This document shows, piece by piece, positions 12,984-24,656 of a stretch of DNA of 64,000 nt. Numbering within the stretch: the first letter of the stretch is position 1; every line of letters starts with the position of its first letter. The notes below the pieces were generated by a model. It worked only from the letters and a program-made list of their open reading frames with translations. It did no database searches and was not told where the DNA came from. This DNA comes from the human T2T-CHM13v2.0 reference genome, Homo sapiens: assembly GCF_009914755.1 (NCBI RefSeq), contig NC_060930.1; one strand, given 5' to 3'. Made by a program: the position numbers and the translations under genes.

Positions 12984-15580
12984 GGAGTTGGGGCCTAATG
13001 GGAGGTTATGTTAGGCTGTTCCTGGCATTGATATAGAGAAATACCTGAGACTAGGTAATTTATAAGAAAGTGGTTTAATTGGCTTACAGTTCTGCAGGCC
13101 ACACAGGAAGCACAATGCTGGTATCTGCTTCTGGGGAGGCCTCAGGATGTTTCCAATCATGGTGGAAGGTGAAGGGAGAGCAAGTGTCTCACATGGTGGG
13201 AACAGGAAGGCACAAGAGAGAGATAGAGGTGTCACACACTTAAACAACCAGATCTTGCATGAAGTCACTGACTTTTTCAAGGATAGTATCAAGGAGATGT
13301 TGCTAAACCATTCATAGAAATCCACCCCCATTATCAATCACCTCCCACCAGACCCCACCACCAATCTTGGGGATTACAATTCAACATGATATTTGGGTAG
13401 GGATAAATATCCAAATCATAATTCTGCCCTGATCCTCTGAAATCTCATGTTTCTCCCATTTTAAAGTACAGTCATCTCTTCCCAACAGTCCCTCCAAGTC
13501 TTAACTCATTACAGCATTATCTCAGAAGTCCAAAGTCCAGTGTCTCATCTGAGACAAGGCAAGTCCCTTCCACCTATGAGCCTGTAAAATAAAAAAACAA
13601 GTTATTTACCTCCAAGGTACAATGAGGGTCTAGGCACTGGATAAACATTCCCTTTTCAAAAGGGAAAAATCAGCCAAAAGAAAGGGGCTATAGGCCCCAC
13701 TCAAGTTTAAAACCCAGCAGGGCAATCATTAAGTCTTAAAGCTCCAAAATAATCTCCTTTGACTCCATGTCCTACATCCAGGGCACACTGGTGTGAAGAT
13801 TGGGCTCCCAAGGCCTTAGGCAGCTCTTCTCCTGTGGCTTTGCAGGGTTCAGCCCCTGCCAGCTGCTCTCATGTTGTCGAGTGTATGCAGCTTTTCTAGG
13901 TGCAGGATGCAAGCTGTTGGTGGATCTACCATTCTGGGGTCTGAAGGATGGTGGCCTTCTCACGCTCTACTAGGCAGTGCCCAAGTGGGGACTCTGTGTG
14001 GGAGTTCCAACCTCACATTTCCATACCACACTGCCCTTATAGAGTTTCTCTGTGAGGGCTCTTCCCCCATAACAGGCTTCTGCCTGGACACCAAGGCTTT
14101 TCCATATATCCTCTGAAATCTAGGCAGAGACTCTGTGGCTGGGATGCAGGGAGCAGTGTCCTGAGGCTGCACAAGGCAGCAGGGCCCTGGGTCTGGCCCA
14201 CAAAACTGTTCTTCCCTCCTAGGCTTCTGGGCCTGTGATGGGAGGGGCTGACATGAAGGTCTCTAAAATGCCTTTGAGACCTTTATCTGAGTGTCTTGTC
14301 TATCAGCATATGACTTCTTTATGGTTATGCAAATCTTGCTAGTAAGTGGTTGCTCCACAGCCTGCTTGATTCCTCTCTGCAAAATCTTTTCGTTCTTTGT
14401 CACATGACCAGGCTGCAATTTTCCAAGCTTTTACCAAGCATTTTCCAAATGCTTCCTTTTTAAATACAAGTTCCAACTTCAAGCCATTCCTTTGCTCCCA
14501 CATCTTCACATAGGCTGTTAGAAGAAGCCAGGTCACATCTGCTGCTTAGAAATTTCTTCTGCCACATACCCTAGGTTATCACTCTCAATCTCCAACTTCC
14601 ACAGATCCCTAAGGCATAGACACAATTCAGCCAAGTTACTTGGTAAGGCATAACAAAAGTGACTTTTGCTCCAGTTCCCAATAAGTTCCTCATTTCTATC
14701 TGAGATCTCATCAGCCTAGACTTCACTATCTGTATCACTATCAGCATTTTGGTCAAATCACTATCAGCATTTTGGTCACAACCATTTAATCATTCTCTAA
14801 GAAGCTTGAAACTTTTTCTCATCTTGTCTTCTGTTGAATTCTCCAAATTCTTCCAACTTCTGCCTGTTACTCAGTTCCAAAGTTGCTTCCACATTTTTAG
14901 GTATCTTTATAGCAATGCCCCACTCCTGGTACCAAGTTTTTTGAGTTAGGCCATTCTTGCATTGCTATAAAGAAATACTTGAGAGTGGGTAATTTATAAG
15001 AAAAGAAGTTTAATTGGCTCATGGTTCTGTAGGTTGTACAGGAAGCATAACACTGGTATCTGCTTCTGGTGAGGACTCAGAAAGTTTATAATCATAGTGG
15101 AAGGCTGAGGGGGAGCAGCTGTCTCACATGGTGGGATTAGGAAGAAGCAAGAGAGAGAGAAAGTGAGGTACCACACACTTTTAAACAAGCAGATTTTGAA
15201 AGAAGTCACTGGCTTTCAAGCGGACAGCAAGAAGGGAGTGGTGCTAAACCATTCCCATTCCTGAGAATCCACCTTCATGATTCTATCACCTCCCACCAAG
15301 CCCCACCTCCAATACTGGGGATTATAATTCAACACGAGATTTGGGCAGGGACATATAGTCAAACTATATCAGAGATGTCCGGGTCATGGGGATGGATCCC
15401 TCATGAACAGATTAATGCCTTCCCTGAGGGAGGGGAAGTGAGTGAGTTCTCACTCTATTAGTTCTCATGAGAGCTGGTTGTTAAAAAAAGCCTAGCATCT
15501 CCCCGTGCCTCTTGCTTCTTTTCTTACCATGTGATCTCTGCACACATTGGCTACCCTTCACCTTCTGCCATGAGTGGTAG
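12984..15580 (+). mobile_element. Host MST-family LTR (MSTB1/2-like), split by the nested provirus and trimmed at both ends
   Basis: GGAGTTGGGGCCTAATGGGAGGT (12984-13006) continues as GTCCGGGTCATGGGGATGGATCCCTCATGAA.. (15377-15580). Confidence 0.8.
13007..15371 (-). mobile_element. Complete MSTB-type MaLR provirus (LTR ~13007-13420, internal ~13421-14940, LTR ~14941-15371)
   Basis: Two direct-repeat LTRs flanking MST-int; 5-bp TSD GAGGT (13002-13006) / GAGAT (15372-15376). Confidence 0.95.
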
Positions 15581-15724
15581 CTTAAGCCCTAAGAACTTAG
15601 GCTACCTGCCCAGGGTCATCAAAATATGTTTGTCAGAGCCATGTGCAAAACCCAGACTTTGGACACCCTAACCTTTCCCTATTATAACACTGCATTGTGT
15701 GTTTGTTTGCATGTCTTTTAGCCA

Positions 15725-16440
15725 ACCTGATTTTGAAAATTAAAAACAGAAAAACAAAGAATGGTACAAACTATGATCACCAATATACCAATATACTCTT
15801 CATTATTTGCTAACATTTTGCCACATTTGTCTCTCTCCATAAGTATACATATGTATGCATGTTTCTATATATGTATATGCATATGTATATCTTTTCTACA
15901 CTTTCTTTTTCCTTTTTCTCTAACCTATTTGAAAGGAAGTGGCAGCTGTCACCTTTATATAGTTCAGCATGTGTCTTCTAACAACAAAGGCATTTTTTTC
16001 TCCATAAGCACAATAAATGATCACAACCAAGATTTTTAACATTGATACATTATTATTATTATATAATATTTAATTTCTATTCCGATTTTCTAGCTCATCA
16101 TATAAGTCCTTTAGTTTTTCTTCTTCAATTTAGTGATCTGAGTAGGGATCACACCTTACTTTTAGTTGTCAGATTTGTTTAGTTTCTGTTAATCTGGAAT
16201 AACTCTCCTGTCAGCTTTTTAAGGGTCTTTTATAACACATTTTTGAAGAGTTAGGCCCTGTTGTCTGGTTGAATTTGGGTTTGTCTGATTGTTTCCCCAT
16301 GATTAGATTCAAGATAAGCATTTTAAAGGCAAGAACACCCCATAGGTAATGCTATTTTACTTCCCATTGCATTACATTTATACACATATATAGTTGGATT
16401 GTCCCATTATTGGTGAGTATAATATTTACATTTCTTTCTA
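15725..16440 (-). mobile_element. L1MC-type 3' region fragment
   Basis: TAACATTTTGCCACATTTG..TTTAACATTGATACA..AATTTGGGTTTGTCTGATTGTTTCCCCATGATTAGATTCA. Confidence 0.75.
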
Positions 16441-16625
16441 ATAAATCTGTACGAAAAAGACATTTTAGGGCATGAAAAGCACTATGAGAAGAAAATAATC
16501 TCACCCAGATAATTCTATGTGTTTGTAATAGAAAAAGTCACACAATCAACACAGACTTAGAAGTAAATTTTGAGTTACTCAAAGCAGTGTGTCTTGCATC
16601 TAGGGCATTTAAATCTGATGACTGT

Positions 16626-16992
16626 TGCTGTAGTCTAAATGTTTGTGAACTCCTCCAAATTTATATGTTGAAACCACAACCCCCCAAGGTGATCGTATTG
16701 GGAGATGGGACATTTAGGGGGTGATTAGATGATGAGGGCAGAGGCTTCATGGATGGGATTGGTGCTCTTATAAAAGAGGCCCAAGGGAGCTTTTTTCCCC
16801 TTCTACCATGTGAGGACACAATTAGAAGACACCATCTATGAATCAGAAAATAGGTCCTCACCAGACATTGAATCTGTTGGCACCTTGATTTTGGATTTCC
16901 CAGACTCCAGGACTGTAAGAAACAAATTTCTGTTGTTTACAAGCTATTCAACCTCTGGTATTTTATTACAGCAGCCTGAGCAGACTAAGACA
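16626..16992 (+). mobile_element. MLT1A-type solo LTR
   Basis: TG..CA termini (TGCTGTAGTCTAAATG..GACTAAGACA); perfect 5-bp TSD ACTGT at 16621-16625 and 16993-16997. Confidence 0.93.
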
Positions 16993-18360
16993 ACTGTGTT
17001 CCAAGATACCGATTTATCCAAAATTCTCGAATTAGGCATAATTTGAGAACTACACTAAAACTACACTCTCAGCTGTACTAATTCTGGCATTAGCTAAACC
17101 CTTAATTAGAAGTTGTCATTCACAGTGGGAAGCAGAGTGGAGTCTGGGGGCAGGGTCCCATAGGAGAAAGATCATGAAGAATTGGGTAGTACTGGAGAAG
17201 AGAAAGTAGTAAAAATATTTACATGGGCTCAGGCAATCCATAGGTTTAAAGTTCATCCTTTATTCCTTTGATTAAAATGCAAGTTAACAGTCACTTATCA
17301 CTCAATCACTGGAAGATGAAATGTAATGAATGGGTCTTTAACATGTAAGTCATGCATTTTAGTTATTTCTCCTAAGTCCAGTATGAAGTCTTTATGGAAT
17401 ACAAGAGAAATCCCTCTATATTATGGAAGAAATTGAATGAATGTGCTACCTTTCCTGGAGTCTTCCACATTACCACCTCTAAGCTTTGTGCCTCACTTTG
17501 CTTTCCAGACCATGCTGTCCATCAATCACTTTTTCTTTGACTCATTGGCCAGTTCCATGCAAGTTATCTTTTCCTGTCTTCTTCCATCCTCATTTTACTT
17601 CTTTGGCTTGTAGTCCTCTCAGACATCTTTCAGAGAAATCCCCTCTGTGCTAACTTGCCTCTTCTCATATACCTTTTACTCTTACAGCCTTTATCTAGCC
17701 CTACAGATAGGATCTGGAAAATTGCCTTAGTTTCTAGAAGTGTGGCATCTGGGCTTCAGTCACCTCACTGTCAATATATAATACTTTTATTAATAAATAT
17801 CAGATGTTGTGATCACAGTGCAATCTGAGTTTCTCTTTTCCTTCTATATAGAAATTGCTTTCGTTCTTACCTCATAACATGGATTTCTACATTTAAAAAT
17901 ATTGAACATCTCATGTCTTTTTATAACTGGATAACTGTAGGAATACTCAAGGATACCTTGAATGTATTATAAACCCCAAGTCAGAATAGCTTGGCTCATT
18001 CCTGCTAAGTGCAGAATGGCATTAGTCCTGAGAGCATGGTTTTCATACAAGGAATACAAAGTGTTAAGGGTGTATTGACATGTACTGCATTCACATGAAT
18101 CCTGTGTTCAGAACTCACAGGGATGCATTTCAGAAGTGAAGAGGTTGGCTACTTTACATATGGTACCTTGTCTTCTCCTTCTATGTCCTGCCCCCAACAA
18201 AATGGATCAGTCTTGGAAGCTGAAGGCTATGCTATCAGCTAGCTATGGCTTAATCACTAATTCATAACTGAAAATCTTGAGTGCTAACCTTTTGGGGAGT
18301 AATTACAATGTCTTTATGTGTGGCCATAAAGAACCGGTGGTAGAACACAATTAGGAAGGT

Positions 18361-18361
<1 letters not shown>

Positions 18362-18391
<30 letters not shown>
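18362..18391. repeat. poly(T) tract
   Basis: Uninterrupted T run. Confidence 0.95.
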
Positions 18392-18392
<1 letters not shown>

Positions 18393-18639
18393 GTAGGGGA
18401 AGTAGACAGGAGGAAGGCTTTCATTTTGTTTTGTTTTGTTTTGATCTTACAGATCATGTCATTATCAAATAACTTGTATCTCCCTCCCTCTCATATTTAG
18501 AATTGAGTATCTGAAAATGTAATTCATTTCATGATTTTTCTTGACTATCTAAATGGCTATTATAAAAAAGATGCCCAAACTCTGTTGATTTTGAAGAAAA
18601 AGAACTGCTCAACCGCATTTCAAAAATAAAACCTATTGC

Positions 18640-19455
18640 TATTCTTTCATTTATAAAAGTCATTCAGACTTTTTATAAGAAATTTTAGAAAATATAGAAA
18701 AGCAGAAGGCAGAAGAATTATCATCTAGTCTTTTGCAACCACAATAGTTTTGGTGTATTTGGCCTTTTTTTTTCAGCAAAGAGTTTTGCTGATTTTATTA
18801 CATAGTCGTTACTATATAGAATATGTACATTTTCTTTTTTAAACAAAACATTATAATTTAAGAATCTATCATAGCAAATTCATAGTAATTATTATTTTAA
18901 TGGTTGCATAGCCTTCTATTATAATCATGAGCCACAATTTATTTAATATTCTTGTTTGTAATTATATAGTTGCTCTCTAGTCTTAATTATGGGTAAATCT
19001 ACAATAAAAATCTTTGTAACTAGATATGTTCCTGCATTTTAAACATTTCTTTGGGGTGTTGTGAATATTGATACATAGCTTTGCAAAACAGTAGGGACAG
19101 ATTATATTTCTGTTATCAATATCTGTCATTACACAATGTATGCATATGTGAATAGATAGGCAATAACTTTACCATCAACATTGTATATTATGTTTAGAAA
19201 AAGGCTTTGCTAATTTGATAGACAAAGCTTCCATAATATTGGAATATTATGAAGTTATAGCCTTTCCCATGTTCTGTAATCCAGGTGTATTGCCTTTTTC
19301 ATGAATTATCTATTCATATCTTTTTTCATTTATCTTTTGGAAGTTTTGATGGTTTAAATATCAAATTTTATTACTTTTTAATAGAACAAAGACAAAAGCC
19401 ATTTGTCTATTTTATTTATTATAGACAATAATTTTGTCTTGTTATTTGCCTTTTT
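18640..19455 (-). mobile_element. Old L1ME-type fragment
   Basis: AT-rich; TTAGAAAATATAGAAAAGCA..TTTGCTAATTTGATAG..GAATTATCTATTCATATCTTTT. Confidence 0.55.
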
Positions 19456-19639
19456 ACTTCACCCGGTTTTAACTCTATCTTCTCTATCAAGCAGAAAAAC
19501 CTTGTCACTGGAAAGACTGAAACTAACATGAGTGGAAAAGAATTGAAGCTCAAGAAGGTGAGAAGCACTTTGCTTCTTCAAATGAGAGAAACTATTCATT
19601 CTTTGATCAAGTATTTTGTAAGGTAATGAAAAAATATGA

Positions 19640-20290
19640 AAATAAGTGAAATCAATATGTCGAAGAGATATCTAACATCCGTGTTCACTGCAGCAGAATT
19701 CACAATAACCAAGACAGAGAATCAACCTAAGTGTCCATCAGTGGATGAATGGATTAAAAAATGTGATATATATACACAATGGAATACTGTCCTGCTATAA
19801 AAAGAAGGAAATCCTGTAATTTGTGACAACATGGATAAACCTGGAAGACATTGTGTTAAATGAAATAAGCCAGGCGGAAAAAGACAAATACCTCATGATC
19901 TCACTCATATGTGGAATCTAAAAAAGTTGATTTCATAGAAGTAGAGAGTAGAATGGTGATCACCAGAGGCTGGGACAATTGGGAAGAGGTTGGGGAGTTG
20001 CAGGTCAAAGGCTACAAAATTACAGTTAGATACGAGGAGTAAAATCAGGAGATCTATTGTACAGCATGGTGACTACAGCTGATCATGATTTATTATATTC
20101 TCAAAAAATGCTAAGAGAGTGGGTTTTAGGTGCTCTCACCACAAAAATGATAACTATGTGAGGTATTGGATATGTTTGTAAGCTACAGTTAACTATTCCA
20201 CTATGCATATATGTACTTCAAAACATCATATTGTATACAATAAATATGTACAATTTTATTGTCAATTTAAAATTAACTAATGTAAAAAAA
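19640..20290 (+). mobile_element. L1MA-type 3' end
   Basis: AATCAACCTAAGTGTCCATCAGTGGATGAATGG..ATCTCACTCATATGTGGAATCTAAAAAAG..CTCACCACAAAAATGATAACTATGTGAGGT; A-rich tail. Confidence 0.9.
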
Positions 20291-21045
20291 TTTGTAGATG
20301 TAATTAAGGAAACAATATTTCTAATCTTTAAGGAAGAACATATTTTTAAAACCACATAAAAACATGAGATCTAAGCTCAATAAGACAATAATTTGATGGC
20401 ATTGTGGCAAAATTCTAGGCAAACTGTTTATGAGAACTCTTTACAAGAGCAAACACTGATGAGTTAGGGCCAGAATGCATCTTTAAACAACAATTTATGT
20501 TAAAGTAACTATTTTTGCATGGGTTATTAGACTGAAAATAGGAGAAATTTTGTGAACATAAACTATTTTATTTCTGCAAGGCATTCATTGGAAAGTTTTG
20601 TAATATTCTTGCAGGCAAGATGGAGAAGTATGGGCTGAGTGATAATCCTGTTAGGTGGATTAACAACTGGTTAAAGAACTCACACAATAGCATGCAGATT
20701 GATGGGAGCCTCAAATGTGTTCAACAGGGCTCCAATATGAGCTATAGTTTAATGAACATTTTTCTGATTATGAGGATAAAGAGATCAAAGCCTTCTTATC
20801 AAATATGTATAAGCCACAACCTGGAAACCTTAACGAATATACTAGATGAAGAAAACTTGTTCAAACATATCTCGATTGATGGAAATCCTGGTAGTAGGCA
20901 TGCATGTAAAGTATAACAAGCTTAGTTTAAAACAATGAATTGAGCAAGTATCAGATGGGGAGTCTTCATGAAAGTAAAAGAACTGAGTGCCTCCATTGCC
21001 TGAGAGCTCCAAGCAAGGAGCAAAAAAGTATCACCTATTTTTATT

Positions 21046-21436
21046 TGTATCAGTCAGGATTCTCCAGAGAAAAACAGAACCAATAGGTGACACATATACA
21101 CACACCTGTACACACACACCTATACACACACACACACACACACTAATTGGCTCACAGGATGGTCAAGGATGAAATCAGGCTGGCTGGAAATTCTGGCGGG
21201 AGTCAATATTGCAGTCTTGAGATTGCAGGCAGTCTGGAGGCAGATATCCTTCCTCTTTTGGGGACCTCAGTCTTTTCTTTTAAGGCTTTCAACTGATTGG
21301 ATGAAACCCACCCACAATATGGAAGGTAATTGGCTTCACTCAAAATCTACCCTTCACAGAAACATCTAGGCTGGGATTTGACCAAACAACTGGGCACTGT
21401 ATCTTAGGCAAGTTGACACATAAATTAACCATCACA
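21046..21436 (-). mobile_element. MLT2 (ERVL) solo LTR with internal (CA)n
   Basis: TGTATCAGTCAGGATTCTCCAGAGAAA..GTTGACACATAAATTAACCATCACA; TSD TTATT/ATATT. Confidence 0.9.
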
Positions 21437-21687
21437 ATATTATTCATGGAATATTGAGCTGCAGTGATATAATTATTTTATCCAGATTAGTAAGGTCAAT
21501 ATTTATTGTACTGCTCAGAGGACATTTTATATTTAGTTCTGGATAACATAGTTCATGAAGCTCATTTCCAGTGGAGCAAGTCAAGAGATGAATTGATTGA
21601 GATGGTGAATATCTAGGAATACTTGCCACTTAAAGAATAATTGGAGAAACTGTGATGCTCCTTAGGAAGGATAAGACTGAGATAAGC

Positions 21688-24656
21688 TCTATTAGTCAGA
21701 ACTCTTTTGGTTGGAAATGATTCATATTGACTTAAGAGAAAAGGGAAATTGATTGACTTATGTAACTGAAAAAAACAAAAGTAGACCTGACATCAGGCTC
21801 AAATGATATCCGGTTATCAAACCATGTCTTATCTTTTTCTTCTATCTCTTGGCTTTGACTTATTTGGTTTTATTTTCAGGAAAATACCTCTGCATGAGGT
21901 GATGCCTGAAATTCTGAGCTTGTATCATTCTAAAACTTTAACCGTGAATAAGAAGAGAGATTCTCTTGCTGAAGGGCTTCATAAAAACAACCAGAATTGT
22001 CACTTTAAAAGGATGACTCACCATGATCAAGTGGGATTTATCCCTGGGATGCAAGGATGGTTCAACATATGCATGTCAATAAATGTGATACATCACATTA
22101 ACAGAATGAAGGACAAAAACCATATTATCATCTTAGCAGATATAGAAAAAAACATTTGATAACATTCAACATCCTTTTGTGAAAAAAATCCTCATCAAAT
22201 TAGGTGTAGAAGCAATGTATTGCAACACAATAAAGACTATATATCACAAGCTCGCAGCTAACGTTACACTCAATAGTGAAGAGTCAAAAGCTTTTTCTCC
22301 AGTATAAAAAATAAGACATAGATGCCCACTCTCACCACTTCTATTCAGCATAGTACTGGAAGTCCTAGACACAGCAATTAGAAAACAGCAAAAAAAAAAA
22401 AAAAAAAAAGGCTTCCGAATCAGAAAGGAAGAAGTTAAATTGTCTCTGTTTGCAGATGACTTGATGTTATATATCAAAAGCCCTAAAAATGCCACCAAAA
22501 ACTGTTAGAACTAATAAACAAATTCAGTAAAATTGCAGGATACAAAATCAATATATAAAAATCAGTAGTATTTCTACATACTAACAATGAACTATCCCCA
22601 AAAGAACCTAAGAAAACAATACCATTTACAATAGCATAAAAATATTTAGCAATACATTTAACCAAGGGCATCAAAGACCTATACTCTGAAAACTCTAAAA
22701 CCAATAAAACATTAATGAAATAAATTAATGAAGACACAAATGAATGGAAAGATATCTTGTGTTCACAGTTTGGAACTGTGAATTATATTGTTAAAATGTC
22801 CAAACCACTCAGAGCAATCAACAGATTCAATGCAATCCCAACAAGATTACAACGAATTTTTTCACAGTAATAGAAAAAAAATTATTAAATTTGTATGGAA
22901 GCACAGAAGACCCTGAATAGTCAATGAAATCTTGAGCAACAACAACAACAACAAAAACAAAAACAAACAAACAAAAACAAAGCTGGAAGCATCCCAATGC
23001 CCTGATCTCAAAATCTACTAGAAAGCTATTATAATAAAGACAGCATGGTACTGGCACAAAAACAGACATATGGACCAGTGGAACAGAATTAACTGCCCAG
23101 AAATAAATCCACTTATTTACAGTTAAATGATCTTTGACAAAAATACTAGGAATACACAATGGGGATAGGATTGTTTCTTTAACAAATAGTGTTGAGAAAA
23201 CTGGGTATGAATATGTAGAAGAATGAAATTGGGCACATCTTACCCACATACAAAAGTCAACTCAAAACAGATTAAAAAATGATTTCAGTGTAAGGCCAAA
23301 AACTGTAAAACTACTAGAAGAAAACACAGGAAAAATCCTTCTTGATATTGGTCTGGGCAGTGAATTCTTGGATATGACCCCAACAAAAGTAAAAATTGAC
23401 ATATGAGATGGTATCAAACTACAAGGCTTCTGCACAACAAAACAATTAACAGAATGAAGAAACAACCTACAGAATGGGATAAAATATTTGCAAACTGTAC
23501 ACATGATAAGGAGTCAATATCCAAAATATGTAAAAAAACTCAAATACAAAACCTGATTAAAAATGGACAAAGGACCTGAATAGATATTTCTCAAAAGAAG
23601 ACATACAAATGGCCAACAATATATGAAAAAAATGCTTAACATCACCAACCATCAGGGAAATGCAAATTAAAACCACAATGAGATATAATTGCAAAGTTGT
23701 TAGAATGGCATTTATTAAAAACAAAACAAAACAAAAGATAACAAGTATTGCCAAGAATATGGAGAAAAAGGAACTCTTGCATACTGTTCATGAAAATGTA
23801 AATTAGTGCAGCCATTTTGAAAAACAGTATGGAGTTTCCTAAAAAATATTAAAAATAAAACTACCGTATGATCCAGTAATTCTGCTCTTGGGTATATATC
23901 CAAAGGAAGTGAAATTAGTATCTTGAAGAGATGAGGTACCTTTACTCCTGTGTTCATTGTAGCATTCTTCACAATAGCTAAGATATGGAATCAACCTAAG
24001 TGTCTTTAAATGGATGAATGGATAAGGAAAATGTGGTGCCGTGTGCGCACGTGTGCGCACGCACACACACACACAGACACACACACAAAATGGAATACTG
24101 ATCAGTCTTTAAAAGAAGGAAATCTGTCATTTGCAACAATACAGATGAACCTAGATGACGTTATGCTAGGTAAAATAATCCAAGTACAGAAAGACAAATT
24201 CTGCACTTGTATGTAAAATTTTAAAAAGTCGAACTCAGAAGCAGAGTAGACTGGTGGTTACCAGTGTCTGGGTTGGATTAGGGGTGGGTGGGAAGAGGGA
24301 TTGGGGGGCTGTTGCTCCAGGGCACAAAGTTTCAGTTAGATGGGAGGAATAAGTTCTAGAGATCTGTTTTACAGTGTGGTAACTATAGTGAATAATATTG
24401 TATTATATACTTGAAAATTGCTGAAAGAGTAGATTTTAAATGTTCTAACCACAAAATAAAAAATAAGGAATAATATTCTCATAGGTATGTGGTGTAAGGT
24501 AACCAGTGTCCTGCCCTAGAAGAAGAACCCTCAATCCCTGCAAACTACCACATGGATTAAAATGAGAAAAGTGTGGCGCTAAAGGAAAATTTGATATCAT
24601 TACCAGCAGGGAGATGAATGGGTTCTGGCTAGGGAAAAATGGCATTGTTCACTACA
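21688..24656 (-). mobile_element. Old MLT1 (J/K-like) LTR split by L1 (pieces ~21688-22000 and ~24525-24656)
   Basis: TATTAGTCAGAACTCTTTTGGTTG..TTGACTTATGTAACTGAA at left; GGAAAATTTG..TGTTCACTACA terminus at right. Confidence 0.65.
22001..24463 (+). mobile_element. 5'-truncated L1MA-type element (ORF2 RT to 3'UTR), extreme 3' end lost
   Basis: [17 protein letters not shown] frame; TTTGCAGATGAC (FADD) at ~22449; L1MA 3'UTR to GTAGATTTTAAATGTTCTAACCACAAAA; many frameshifts. Confidence 0.95.

Noticed and set aside
12188-18391. Isolated poly(T) runs as orphan retroposon tails or processed pseudogenes
   Set aside because: No TSDs and no adjacent mRNA-like or SINE body
19470-19563. Exon-like segment (..TATCAAGCAG..AAGAAG|GTGAGA)
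   Set aside because: Explained as L3/CR1 ORF2 remnant; no partner exons found
21803-22159. 118-aa ORF ending in RT-like sequence, a possible chimeric gene
   Set aside because: Chance in-frame join of antisense MLT1 LTR sequence and the truncated L1 ORF2; ends at a frameshift with no promoter or splice support
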